A DNA stretch of 64,000 nt, from NCBI GenBank assembly GCA_965250285.1, contig OZ252299.1:1024001-1088000 (forward strand), in the 5' to 3' direction. Positions 1-8,725 of this stretch are shown here, piece after piece (the stretch's first letter is position 1; each line of letters starts with the position of its first letter). The notes beneath the pieces are model-generated. The model had not been told where the DNA came from. It saw only the letters and a program-made list of their open reading frames with translations, and searched no databases. Made by a program: the position numbers and the translations under genes. The stretch comes from Myxococcota bacterium (GTDB lineage Bacteria; Myxococcota_A; UBA9160; UBA4427).

Positions 1-1
1 G

Positions 2-1003
2 CTCGCCGTACACGATGCGGTAGCGCACGGGGTAGGGCAGCAGACCGAGCGGCCCGAGCCACGGGAACGTCGGGGTGATCGGAAAGCCCGGCAGCCCGAG
101 CAGACGCCCGAGCGGCTTGAGGTTGGCGAGGATCGGCGACTGATCGTCGCTGCCGATCACGGCCATCGGCACGATCGGGGCGCCCGCCCGCAGCGCTTCC
201 CGGGCGAAGCCCGAGTGGAACGTCTGCAGCCGGTAGCGCTGCGTGATCGGCTTCATCACACCTGCGCTGCCTTCGGGAAAGACGAGCACCGGCTGGCTGT
301 CGGCGAGCAGGTCCCGCACGGCGGAGCGGGTGCCGATCACCTGGCCCATGCGAGCCATGAAGACGTTGATCCAGGGCATCGAGCCCACGAATCGGTCGAC
401 GACCGCACGCGCGAGCCGAGGCGGATCGAGGCGCATCAGCAGATCGGTGACGATCATCGCGCCGTCGAAGGGCAGCAGCCCGGCGTGATTGCTGACGAGC
501 ACGACGGCGCCGTCGCGCGGCACGTGCGCGTGTCCGGTGCTCTCGACCCGGAACCAGTTCTGGTAGAGCGCCTCACAGATCGGGGCCGCGCGCCGCACGG
601 CATCGAGCGAGAGCCCGTGTTGATCGAAGCCCGTCGCAGGGTCGGCGAGCGCCGCGATGGCGCGCAGCCGCCTTCGCACGTCGTCGCTCGTCCAGCGATC
701 GAATGCGTCCTCGGGTTCGGGGATCGGAATCTCGGCCAGGGGCGCAATGGGCCGCACGCGGCGCGGACGCGCGGCGCGGTTGCGGAGTGTCTGGCCGCGG
801 CCGGACTCGGCGGCTTCGGGGATCTCGGCGCTCGCGTCGCCGGGCCAGCCGAGCTCGGTCTCGGCGCGGCGACGCGCCTCGATGGCCGAGAGGGCGGTGA
901 GGAAGGGGTCTTCGGTGGTCGACCCGTCGGTCTCGAACGGATTCGAGCCGAGCGCGGGGCCGCTGCGGTCTTCGGGGGCGTGGGGGTCTGTTTCGGCGCT
1001 CAT
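2..1003 (-). CDS. Lysophospholipid (PlsC-like) acyltransferase family protein, 3' end runs off the window
   Basis: Not in ORF track because it is open at the edge. Manual translation from ATG 1003: MSAETDPHAP...VVLVSNHAGLLPFDGAM (HX4-5D motif)...VLVFPEG...GAPIVPMAVIG...FPWLGPLGLLPYPVRYRIVYGE. Confidence 0.85.
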   Translation of the reverse strand, partial: MSAETDPHAPEDRSGPALGSNPFETDGSTTEDPFLTALSAIEARRRAETELGWPGDASAEIPEAAESGRGQTLRNRAARPRRVRPIAPLAEIPIPEPEDAFDRWTSDDVRRRLRAIAALADPATGFDQHGLSLDAVRRAAPICEALYQNWFRVESTGHAHVPRDGAVVLVSNHAGLLPFDGAMIVTDLLMRLDPPRLARAVVDRFVGSMPWINVFMARMGQVIGTRSAVRDLLADSQPVLVFPEGSAGVMKPITQRYRLQTFHSGFAREALRAGAPIVPMAVIGSDDQSPILANLKPLGRLLGLPGFPITPTFPWLGPLGLLPYPVRYRIVYGE

Positions 1004-1040
1004 CGATCGCTGCTCCTCCCGATCGGGTGGCCGATCGGGT

Positions 1041-1943
1041 TCAGCGCCGCTCTTCGCGATTCGGCCCGACTCGGCCCATCGCGAAGCGTGGCGCGGTTTC
1101 GGTGACTGGCGCACGCGCCAGTAACTCGTCGGCGATCTGCTCCATCACGCGTGCTCCCTTGTCGCGCGGTGCGTACTCGAAGATCGATCGTCCGCGCGAC
1201 TGTGCTTCATCGATCTTCACGTGGTATCCCACCACGCTCTTGGACAGCTCACCCGGGAATCGGTTCCGCAGCGCATCGAGAACTTCACCGGCGAGGCGCG
1301 TGCGCCTGTAGAAGGTCGGGACGACCGAGGTGATGCGCAGGCGTTCATGGCGATACCGGCTGCGCACGAGGTCGATCGTGTCGAGCAGCGCGGCGCACCC
1401 ATCGAGTGCGAGGTATGTGAGCGGGACGGGTACGACGAGCTCGTCACATGCGCAGAGCACATTGAGCGTCAGCGCGCCGAAGCTCGGCGGTGCGTCCATC
1501 AGTACGAGGTCGTAGTCGACGAGGCGCGGGGCCGCATCGAGCGCGCGCCGCAGTCGGTGCACGGTCTCTTCGTCGGTGCCGCCCGCCTGTGCGGGGTCGG
1601 TCTCGCTCCAGGCAGGGAAGAGGGCGAGCGCCTTGTTCGAGACGACGACGTCGAGGTTCGGCACGCGGGTGTGGACGATCGGAAGCTTCGTCTCGACGCG
1701 CGGCGCTCGGGGGCGTGCATCGGGGCCGTGCAGGACCGAGTCGACGAGCAGCTCGATCGCGCTGTGGCGAGCGCGCCTCGGATCGACACCGAGCACCTTG
1801 CCGAGCTGGCCCTGGGGATCCATGTCGACCGCGAGCACGCGCAGGTCGTGATGATGAGCGAGGTGAAAGGCGGCGTTCGCAGCAAGCGTCGTCTTGCCGC
1901 TGCCGCCTTTCTCATTGATGAACGCGATGCGGCGAGGCCCCAT
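1041..1943 (-). CDS. ParA/Soj family ATPase (orphan, no parB adjacent)
   Basis: Deviant Walker A FINEKGGSGKTT, VLAVDMDPQG, YDLVLMDAPPS, C-terminal IDEAQSRGRSIFEYAP. Start taken at MGPRR. Confidence 0.9.
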   Translation of the reverse strand: MGPRRIAFINEKGGSGKTTLAANAAFHLAHHHDLRVLAVDMDPQGQLGKVLGVDPRRARHSAIELLVDSVLHGPDARPRAPRVETKLPIVHTRVPNLDVVVSNKALALFPAWSETDPAQAGGTDEETVHRLRRALDAAPRLVDYDLVLMDAPPSFGALTLNVLCACDELVVPVPLTYLALDGCAALLDTIDLVRSRYRHERLRITSVVPTFYRRTRLAGEVLDALRNRFPGELSKSVVGYHVKIDEAQSRGRSIFEYAPRDKGARVMEQIADELLARAPVTETAPRFAMGRVGPNREERR

Positions 1944-2116
1944 CGCCCACCCCCCAAGGTGAGCAAGCCGCTGCACGGGTCGGCCGACTCAGAGGCCGGC
2001 TCGCGCGACGGTGTCGTCGACACTGTCGCGTGAGTGAGGGGATCCGTCAACGCACGTTCGGTCTTCGTCGCACCCGTGCCCTCGAAATTCCGCGAAGCAT
2101 GCGATGCAAGTCACCG

Positions 2117-2156
2117 AAAAGGAAGAGGCCCGCAGCGATCGCTCGCTGCGGGCCTC
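2117..2156 (-). terminator. Rho-independent terminator downstream of etfA
   Basis: Perfect 14-bp stem gaggcccgcagcga/tcgctgcgggcctc (2125-2156) with 4-nt loop, followed on the minus strand by ttccttttc, 25 nt after the etfA stop. Confidence 0.75.
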
Positions 2157-2181
2157 GATGTGCACGTGATCGCGTGTGCGA

Positions 2182-3135
2182 TCAGCCCTTGGCGGCAGCC
2201 ACCGCCTCGGTCAGTGCCGGCACGATGTCGAACAGATCCGCGACGACCCCGACCTGAGCGATCTCGAAGATCGGCGCATCGGCGTCCTTGTTGATCGCGA
2301 TGATGAAGTTCGAACCCTTCATGCCCACGAGGTGCTGGATCGCGCCCGAGATGCCGGCGGCGATGTACAGCTTCGGCGCGACGATCTGGCCCGACGAGCC
2401 CACCTGGTAGGCGTGCTCGAGCCAGCCGGCGTCGACGACGGGGCGCGACGCGCCCATCGCACCGCCCAGCGCGTCGGCCAGGGGCTGGATGATCTCGGGG
2501 AACTTCTCGGGATCGCCCACACCACGACCGCCCGACACGATGATGTCGGCCTTCGTGAGGTCGACCCCGGTGGCTTCGGCCTGCCTGACCTCGACGAACT
2601 TCGCCTTGAGGTCGAGCGCGACGTCGAGCGGCTTGGTGCCGCCGTCGCCGCTGCCCTCGTAGGCCGCCACAGCGCCGGGCTGGACCGTCGCGACGACGGT
2701 GCCCGTGGCGGAGAGCTCGGCGTCGAGCTTGCCGTTGAAGATGCGGCGGAAGTACGTGCGTCCGTCGCCTTCCCCCTCGATCTTGAAGCAGTCCGACACG
2801 AACGCGCAGTCGAGACCGGCCGCGACGCGCGGCGCAACGTCCCAGCCGCTCGGCGTGTTGCTGATGAGGATCAGCTCGGCGCCGGTGGCCTCGACGGCCG
2901 CGCGGATCGCCGCGTTGTAGCCGTCGACGTTGTAGTTGGCGAGGTCGCCACTGTCGACGACGAGGGTCTCCCCCGCGCCCTTCGACGAGAACTCGCTGGC
3001 GAGGTCTCCCACGCCGCTGCCGATGACGAGGCCCTTGACTTCGCCGCCCAGACCGTGCGCGACGGTCAGCAGCTCGTAGCTGGCCTCTCGAATGGCGCCG
3101 CCGGCAACTTCGGCGACGACGAGAATCGTACCCAT
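2182..3135 (-). CDS. etfA: Electron transfer flavoprotein alpha subunit
   Basis: [63 protein letters not shown]. Confidence 0.95.
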   Translation of the reverse strand: MGTILVVAEVAGGAIREASYELLTVAHGLGGEVKGLVIGSGVGDLASEFSSKGAGETLVVDSGDLANYNVDGYNAAIRAAVEATGAELILISNTPSGWDVAPRVAAGLDCAFVSDCFKIEGEGDGRTYFRRIFNGKLDAELSATGTVVATVQPGAVAAYEGSGDGGTKPLDVALDLKAKFVEVRQAEATGVDLTKADIIVSGGRGVGDPEKFPEIIQPLADALGGAMGASRPVVDAGWLEHAYQVGSSGQIVAPKLYIAAGISGAIQHLVGMKGSNFIIAINKDADAPIFEIAQVGVVADLFDIVPALTEAVAAAKG

Positions 3136-3165
3136 TGGATGTCTCCCGATGAGAACCCGGGCTCC

Positions 3166-3948
3166 TTAGAGGAGGCCGAGCTCCTTGATCTTGTTCACGA
3201 GCTGGCCCACGACCTCGTCCGTCGACCCTTCGAGGATCTCGGCCGAGTCGCCCTTGGGCGGCACGTAGACCTTGTTGACCGTGACCTTGGCCGCGCCGCC
3301 ACCGACGGCATCACCGACGCCGAGATCGGCGGCGGTCTTGACGTCGACCGGCTTCTTCTTCGCCTGCATGATGCCCTTGAGCGAGGCGTAGCGGACCTGG
3401 TTCGCGCCGGTCTGGATTGCGGCGAGACAGGGCTTCGGCAGCTCGACCACCTCGTAGGCACCACCCTCGAGCTCGCGCTCGACGGTCATGCCCGCGTCGG
3501 TGCTGTCGGTCTTGACGACGCCCGTGGCCGACGGCACACCGAGCAGCTCGGCGAGCATCGGGGGCACCGACGACAGGTTGTCGTCGTCGGCCATCAGGCC
3601 GGTAAAGACGACGTCGGGGTTCTCGTCCTTGGCGACGGCGGCGAGCACCTTGGCCAGGCCGAGGGCGTCGCTGCCGCTGACGGCGTCGTCCTTGATGTGG
3701 ATCGCGCGGTCGGCGCCCATGCCGAGCGCGGTGCGCAGGGCCTGGGTCACGCGGTCGGGACCGATGGAGACCACCACGACCTCGGCGTCCCCCGCATCTT
3801 TCATGCGGAGCGCCTCTTCGAGGGCGTAGGTGTCGTAACTGTTGATCTCGAACTTGATGTTGTCTTCCTGAATCCAGGTTCCGTCGCCGGCGACATCGAG
3901 CCGTGCGTCCTGATGGGGAACCTGCTTCAGGCACACCATGACCTTCAT
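3166..3948 (-). CDS. etfB: Electron transfer flavoprotein beta subunit
   Basis: MKVMVCLKQVP, INSYDTYALEEALR, LRTALGMGADRAIH, RYASLKGIMQAKKKP. Start at ATG 3948, not the ORF-track 4848. Confidence 0.95.
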   Translation of the reverse strand: MKVMVCLKQVPHQDARLDVAGDGTWIQEDNIKFEINSYDTYALEEALRMKDAGDAEVVVVSIGPDRVTQALRTALGMGADRAIHIKDDAVSGSDALGLAKVLAAVAKDENPDVVFTGLMADDDNLSSVPPMLAELLGVPSATGVVKTDSTDAGMTVERELEGGAYEVVELPKPCLAAIQTGANQVRYASLKGIMQAKKKPVDVKTAADLGVGDAVGGGAAKVTVNKVYVPPKGDSAEILEGSTDEVVGQLVNKIKELGLL

Positions 3949-4302
3949 GGGGGGCCAACCTCCGAACCAATGAAGGGAGCCGCCAGACGGCCCCCGATGT
4001 GAGTGACTTGAAAGCGATTTCAAGGGGCTGCGGTGCCCCGCCGCCAGACGCGCTGGGGCCCGCAAGTGCGCGCGGACGCTATCGGATAGGCCCCCGGCTT
4101 TCAATGATGGGCTCTCCCGCGGGCGGGCTGTCCAGGGCAACCCATCGCTGCGCCTCCTTCGGGCGGGGGCGCGCGGCTCTGCGGCGCCTGGCGGCCACGG
4201 CAGCTGCCGTCCTTCTCGAGAACGTCGATCCGGGCGCGGCGGTTGGCTCGGGTGGGCAGGGGCGCCTGCCCGGGGTGCTCGGACCGGGGGCGGGCGGTCG
4301 GG

Positions 4303-4643
4303 TCGGATCTTCTGGGGCGTCGTCCTCAGTCTGCGGGCGTGGGTCGTGCGGGGGCGGAGCGCTTGCGCGGCGCCGGGGAGCGGCGATTGGGATCGCGCCC
4401 TTCGATTGCGGGCGCCGCCCCAGAAGATCCGAGCGGCGAGCCCGAGGCCCAGGCCCGTTTGCGAGGCCGTTGCGTGCTGCACCGCGATTCGGTGCAGCGC
4501 CGAGGCTGCGTTCGCGGTTTCGTGGGGCGGCGCCCGCAATCGAAGGGCGGCGTGCGCGGGTACGGTGCCCCGGAACGGACGCAACCGTCCGGGTCCGTAC
4601 AACCCGCGCCCGCAGACTGAGGACGACGCCCCACGAAACCGCG
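4303..4643. repeat. Composite inverted-repeat element: two inverted ~130-nt hairpin units flanking a small hairpin (REP/REPIN-like)
   Basis: 17-bp perfect IRs at 4303-4319/4416-4432 and 4513-4529/4627-4643. 27-nt arm 4313-4339 is the reverse complement of 4607-4633, and 4396-4422 is the reverse complement of 4523-4549. Central hairpin gctgcaccg/cggtgcagc at 4476-4498. Confidence 0.85.
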
Positions 4644-4865
4644 CCCGAGCAACCCAGGTCGTCGAGGCACCCGGGTCGCCGACGCAATGGGATGGAGGGA
4701 TCGAGCCATCCAATCGGGCGCAGAGCCGGTCATCGGACGCACGTGCTTTTGGAAACGAGAGGGACGCGAGCGCGTGTAGACTCTCGAAGCGGTGTCGCCA
4801 GGGGATCGTCGGGGGGCGGTCGCGCGGGCCGCGGTCATCAGGGGGCATGAGGGAAGGGGAGCGAG

Positions 4866-5399
4866 TTGAGGAACTTCGAGCGAAGGCAGCGGGGCTCTGT
4901 GTTCGGGCGGGTCGGGCTCGCCCTGGGCTTGCTCGTGCTGTGGGCGGGGCCGGTCGCGTCCGAGTCGGATCGGCCGACCGAGGTGCCCTACGAGACGACG
5001 GGCGACTTTCCGAGCCTCGATCCCGGCTATCGACGGTCGAGCCATCAGGTCGTGCTGATCACGGATGAAGCGCTGAGTCCGCGTCTCGCGACGCTGGAAG
5101 AAGGGCAGCTCGTCGCCTGGATCAGCTACTCGAAGAGCGCCTCGACCATCGTGTTCGAGCGCGAGGTCGCGCGCTCGATGATCTGCCACAGCCTCGTCAA
5201 CTTCACGATCAAGGACGACGAGCTGAAGAGCGCCGAGATCCACCCGGGTGAGTTCGCGAGCTTCTGCGAGCTGAAGCCCGGGCGGTACCGCTACAAGGTG
5301 ATCCGCCCGAACCCGAAACAGGGCGGTGTCGGCGGGGTCGCGCGGCGGCTGCACGGCGAGATCATCGTCGGCAATCCCAACGACGACGACGACGACTGA
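4866..5399 (+). CDS. Exported hypothetical protein, possible cupredoxin-like beta fold
   Basis: Signal-like GLALGLLVLWAGPVAS. Pattern LSPRLATLEEGQLVAW...KPGRYRYKV...LHGEIIV resembles cupredoxin strands. Codon usage typical for this genome. Confidence 0.6.
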   Translation: MRNFERRQRGSVFGRVGLALGLLVLWAGPVASESDRPTEVPYETTGDFPSLDPGYRRSSHQVVLITDEALSPRLATLEEGQLVAWISYSKSASTIVFEREVARSMICHSLVNFTIKDDELKSAEIHPGEFASFCELKPGRYRYKVIRPNPKQGGVGGVARRLHGEIIVGNPNDDDDD

Positions 5400-5425
5400 G
5401 CCGAGCGGAGCGCTGGAACGAAGCT

Positions 5426-5944
5426 GTGCTCGAATCCCTCGCGAACATCGGCGAGTTCGTCGGCGCGATCGGTGTGATCGTGACCGTCGGCTATCTCGCG
5501 ATCCAGATTCGTCAGAACACCAAGGCCGTGCGCACGTCGAGCTACCACCAGGCCGCGGAACAGACCTGGTCTGCCTCCCTGACCATGGCGGCCAACGCAG
5601 ACCTGGCCGAGCTCTGGACGCGGGCGAGCATGGGAGAACCGCTATCTCCGGCGGAGCAGGCGCGGATCGGGGCGTACGATCTATCGGTGCTCTTCGGGAT
5701 GGAGAACTTGATGCGTCTCTATGAAGAGAAGCAGCTCGACGAAGAGGTGTTCGCGAACGTCATCGACAACACGCTCTTCTTTCTCATGCACCCGCGCATC
5801 CTGGAGCAGCTCGATCAGCGCCCGGGCATGCTGTCCAAGAAGTTGAAGCGGTTCGCCTGCAAACGCGCCGAAGACATCGGCTTCGAGGTCGATCTGTTGG
5901 GGGTCACGCCCGGCGTCGCTCAACGCCCGCCTACATCCCCATGA
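5426..5944 (+). CDS. Conserved-type hypothetical protein with N-terminal TM helix
   Basis: MLESLANIGEFVGAIGVIVTVGYLAIQIRQNTKA N-terminus typical of a widespread uncharacterised membrane-anchored family. Confidence 0.75.
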   Translation: MLESLANIGEFVGAIGVIVTVGYLAIQIRQNTKAVRTSSYHQAAEQTWSASLTMAANADLAELWTRASMGEPLSPAEQARIGAYDLSVLFGMENLMRLYEEKQLDEEVFANVIDNTLFFLMHPRILEQLDQRPGMLSKKLKRFACKRAEDIGFEVDLLGVTPGVAQRPPTSP

Positions 5945-6629
5945 AGCCCAGGAACGTCTCGAGCGACGTGACTCGCAGGTAGGGGTTCGTCCGCTTCTGC
6001 TCGCCCATGGTGTCGCTGGGCTCGCCGTAGGCGTGGCCGGGGAAGAGCAGCGTTTCGTCGGGAAGCTGCTTGAGCGTCGTGTTGAGGCTGCGGTACAGCG
6101 CCTCGGCATCGCCGCCCGGCAGGTCGACGCGCCCACACGCGTTGAGGAAGAGCGTGTCGCCTGAGACGAGGTGCCCTGGCTGGCCCGCCTCCTCGACCAG
6201 GAAGCACTGCGAGCCAGGGGTGTGCCCGGGCGTGTGCAGCAGCCGAATCTGGATCGCGCCGAGGTCGAGCACGTCGCCGCCGTCGTGCAGGGCGAGGTCG
6301 CCGTCCGACACGCCGGTCACCTGCTTGAGGCCGTGCGCCTCCTCCTTCTGCACGTGAATCGGCATGGGGCTGCGCTCGAGCAGGCGATCGAGGCCCTGGA
6401 TGTCCATGCCGAAGATGCTCCCGCCGACGTGGTCCTGGTGGTAGTGCGTCACCAGGGCGCCTTCGACGGTCATCCCGTCCTCTTCGGCCAGGTCGAGCAG
6501 CCCATCGACCTGCCAGGCGGGGTCGACCACCACGGCCCGACGCGTCTCGGTGCAGCCGATCAGGTAGGCGTAGTTCGCCATGTCGCCGACGGGCAGCTGG
6601 CGAAAATAGAGCTGGCTCTCGTTCGACAT
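5931..6629 (-). CDS. MBL-fold metallo-hydrolase (glyoxalase II-like)
   Basis: THYHQDHVGG, HTPGHTPGS, SGDTLF..CGRVDL, LFPGHAY. Confidence 0.9.
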   Translation of the reverse strand: MSNESQLYFRQLPVGDMANYAYLIGCTETRRAVVVDPAWQVDGLLDLAEEDGMTVEGALVTHYHQDHVGGSIFGMDIQGLDRLLERSPMPIHVQKEEAHGLKQVTGVSDGDLALHDGGDVLDLGAIQIRLLHTPGHTPGSQCFLVEEAGQPGHLVSGDTLFLNACGRVDLPGGDAEALYRSLNTTLKQLPDETLLFPGHAYGEPSDTMGEQKRTNPYLRVTSLETFLGFMGM

Positions 6630-6690
6630 GCGCTCGTCTCTCCTGCAATGCGCTCGGTCGGCGTGCAGGCGGGCCGGGGCCCGCGTCGGC

Positions 6691-7494
6691 TCAGGCCGGC
6701 TCGCTGCCCAGGATGCTCTGCACCCACCCGACGAGGTCGAGGGCGAACTCCTCGGCCGGCCCTTCGGGCTCGGTGCGGCGGGGCATCACGAAGTCGTCGT
6801 CACCCATCGCCTTGAGGCCCTCGTCGTCGGGCTCGGGCGGGGGCGGAGGCGGCGGGATGTCTTCGGGAGCGAAGAGGTTCTTGCCGGCGTTCGGGATCGA
6901 GACGGCCCGCACCGGGGCGCCAATGCGCGACAGACAGCGCTGGACGGCGGGCGGGGTGCAGTTCGGATCCTCGGTGCCGTGGACGAAGAGCATCGGCGAC
7001 ACCACGCGATTGAGTCCCTCGACCTGCAGATTCTCGGGCTCGTTCTTCGGGTGAAGCGGATAGCTGAGCATCGCCAGGCCATCGATCTGTAGACGCTCAC
7101 TGGCGAGTCGAGCGGCGACGCGGGCCCCGATGCCGAAGCCGCCGAGAAAGAGGTGCGCCGGGGTGGCCGTGGGATCGCGCCCGAGGACGGCCAGGGCGCA
7201 CCGATACGCGAGCTCGAGGCTCTCCATCGGGTCGGCCTTGGCCCGGCGGCTCTTTTCGGCGAACGGGAAGTTGAAGCGGATCGTGAGGATGTGATTCTCG
7301 GTGAGCACCCGATGCAGGTACTCGACCAGCGGATCCTCATGATCGCTGCCCTCGGCGTGGGCGATCGCCATGGCGACCCGCTCCCCCGTGGGCCACCACT
7401 CCGGAATCCCCAGGACGCCCGAGACGGCGTCGAGACCTCGGATGGGCTCGAGAAGGGGGATCCGGACGTCCTCGAACTTCGCGCTGTGATCCAT
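6691..7494 (-). CDS. Alpha/beta hydrolase-fold protein (KANL3/Tex30-like)
   Basis: RFNFPF, LFLGGFGIGARVA, LSYPLHP, MLFVHGTEDP. Confidence 0.75.
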   Translation of the reverse strand: MDHSAKFEDVRIPLLEPIRGLDAVSGVLGIPEWWPTGERVAMAIAHAEGSDHEDPLVEYLHRVLTENHILTIRFNFPFAEKSRRAKADPMESLELAYRCALAVLGRDPTATPAHLFLGGFGIGARVAARLASERLQIDGLAMLSYPLHPKNEPENLQVEGLNRVVSPMLFVHGTEDPNCTPPAVQRCLSRIGAPVRAVSIPNAGKNLFAPEDIPPPPPPPEPDDEGLKAMGDDDFVMPRRTEPEGPAEEFALDLVGWVQSILGSEPA

Positions 7495-7736
7495 TGCGGC
7501 CTCGACGGCTCCCCTTTGGGGGAACTTCTATCACAGCAACCCCGCGCGCGCACGGCGGATTTGGGGCACGATGGAGCCGCGCGCCCCCAGCCTGCCGCAG
7601 ATTCGACGCTCCGCGTCCGATCGATCGACGCGCGGCGTCGAGGCGGGGTCGGTTTCGGCCGACCGGGGGCGGGGCCGAGCGACGCCCGGGCCCGTGGCCG
7701 CTCACCTCGTGGGCGCACCAGCCGATGGAAGGACGC

Positions 7737-8666
7737 ATGGACCGGATCCTCATCACCGGCATATCGGGTGGACTTGGCCGCCTCGTCGCGCGCCGTCTGC
7801 TGCCCGAGGCCGAGATCACCGGCGTCGATCGCCACGCCTGGCGCAGCAAACCGCCCGAGATTCGCCTGCACCGTGTCGACCTGCTCAAGCGGGCCTTCGA
7901 GGACGTGATCCGCACCGAGAAGCCGAAGGTCGTCGTCCACATGGGCTTCGTCCGCGACTTTCGCTCGGCCCAGGAGCTGCGCCACGAGGTGAACGTGCGC
8001 GGCACGAAGCAGCTGCTCGACCACTGCGCCGCCCATGGCGTGCAGCAGCTGATCGTGCTGTCGAGCGGCTACGTGTACGGCGCGTTCAGCGAGAACCCGT
8101 ACTTCATGGACGAGGATCAGCCGCTCTCGGCGAGCCGTAGCTATCCCGAGATTCGCGATCTCGTCGAGGTCGACACGATCGCCTCGGCCTTCATCTGGCG
8201 GCATCCCCAGGTGCGCACCAGCGTGCTGCGACCGGTCAATACGCTGGGGCCGCACGTGCACTCGATGGCGGCGGCGCTGCTCAGCATGCGGCGGGTACCG
8301 ACGGTGACGGGCTTCGACCCGATGATGCAGTTCATCTCGGAGGACGACGTCGTCGAGGCGATCGCGGCCGCCATCGCGCACAGGCTGCAGGGTGTGTTCA
8401 ACGTCGTGGGGCCGGGCGAGGTACCGCTCCACACCGCGATCCGCGAGTGTGGCCGTAGGCCCTTCTCGTTGCCGGGGCCGGTCGCCCACTCGGCCTACGA
8501 GCGCGGTTTCAAGTGGGGTCTCTGGCCGTATCCGCCGGGCATGCTCGACTATCTCAAGTTTCCGATTTCGCTCTCGGGCGAACGCTTCCGCGAGGCAACC
8601 GAGTTCAAGCCGAGCGTGTCGCTCCGCGAGATCTTCGCCTCGATGAGGGCCCGCCGTGCACGTTGA
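7737..8666 (+). CDS. NAD-dependent epimerase/dehydratase (extended SDR)
   Basis: MDRILITGISGGLG Rossmann motif, NVRGT, LSSGYVYGA, GVFNVVG. Confidence 0.85.
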   Translation: MDRILITGISGGLGRLVARRLLPEAEITGVDRHAWRSKPPEIRLHRVDLLKRAFEDVIRTEKPKVVVHMGFVRDFRSAQELRHEVNVRGTKQLLDHCAAHGVQQLIVLSSGYVYGAFSENPYFMDEDQPLSASRSYPEIRDLVEVDTIASAFIWRHPQVRTSVLRPVNTLGPHVHSMAAALLSMRRVPTVTGFDPMMQFISEDDVVEAIAAAIAHRLQGVFNVVGPGEVPLHTAIRECGRRPFSLPGPVAHSAYERGFKWGLWPYPPGMLDYLKFPISLSGERFREATEFKPSVSLREIFASMRARRAR

Positions 8667-8725
8667 TTCACGCTGCATCAGACCGAAGCGCCGAAGAGCT
8701 GCGCCGTCCTTCGAAGGAGCGACCC

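Noticed and set aside
2176..4002. Long antisense ORFs (e.g. 2176-4002 +, 16511-18319 +, 42686-44458 -, 34997-36271 -)
   Set aside because: Shadow frames of well-supported genes on the opposite strand, typical of high-GC codon bias.
4303..4643. Repeat element as a CRISPR array or integron attC cassette array
   Set aside because: The repeats are inverted rather than direct, there are only two units, no cas or intI gene is present, and the ends lack the RYYYAAC/GTTRRRY attC cores.
3949..4850. Long ORFs across the etfB upstream gap (3999-4850 +, 4079-4687 -, and the 300-aa extension of etfB)
   Set aside because: Arg/Pro/Ala-rich translations with no motifs, caused by high GC. The repeated peptide GRRPQS simply reflects the DNA inverted repeats.
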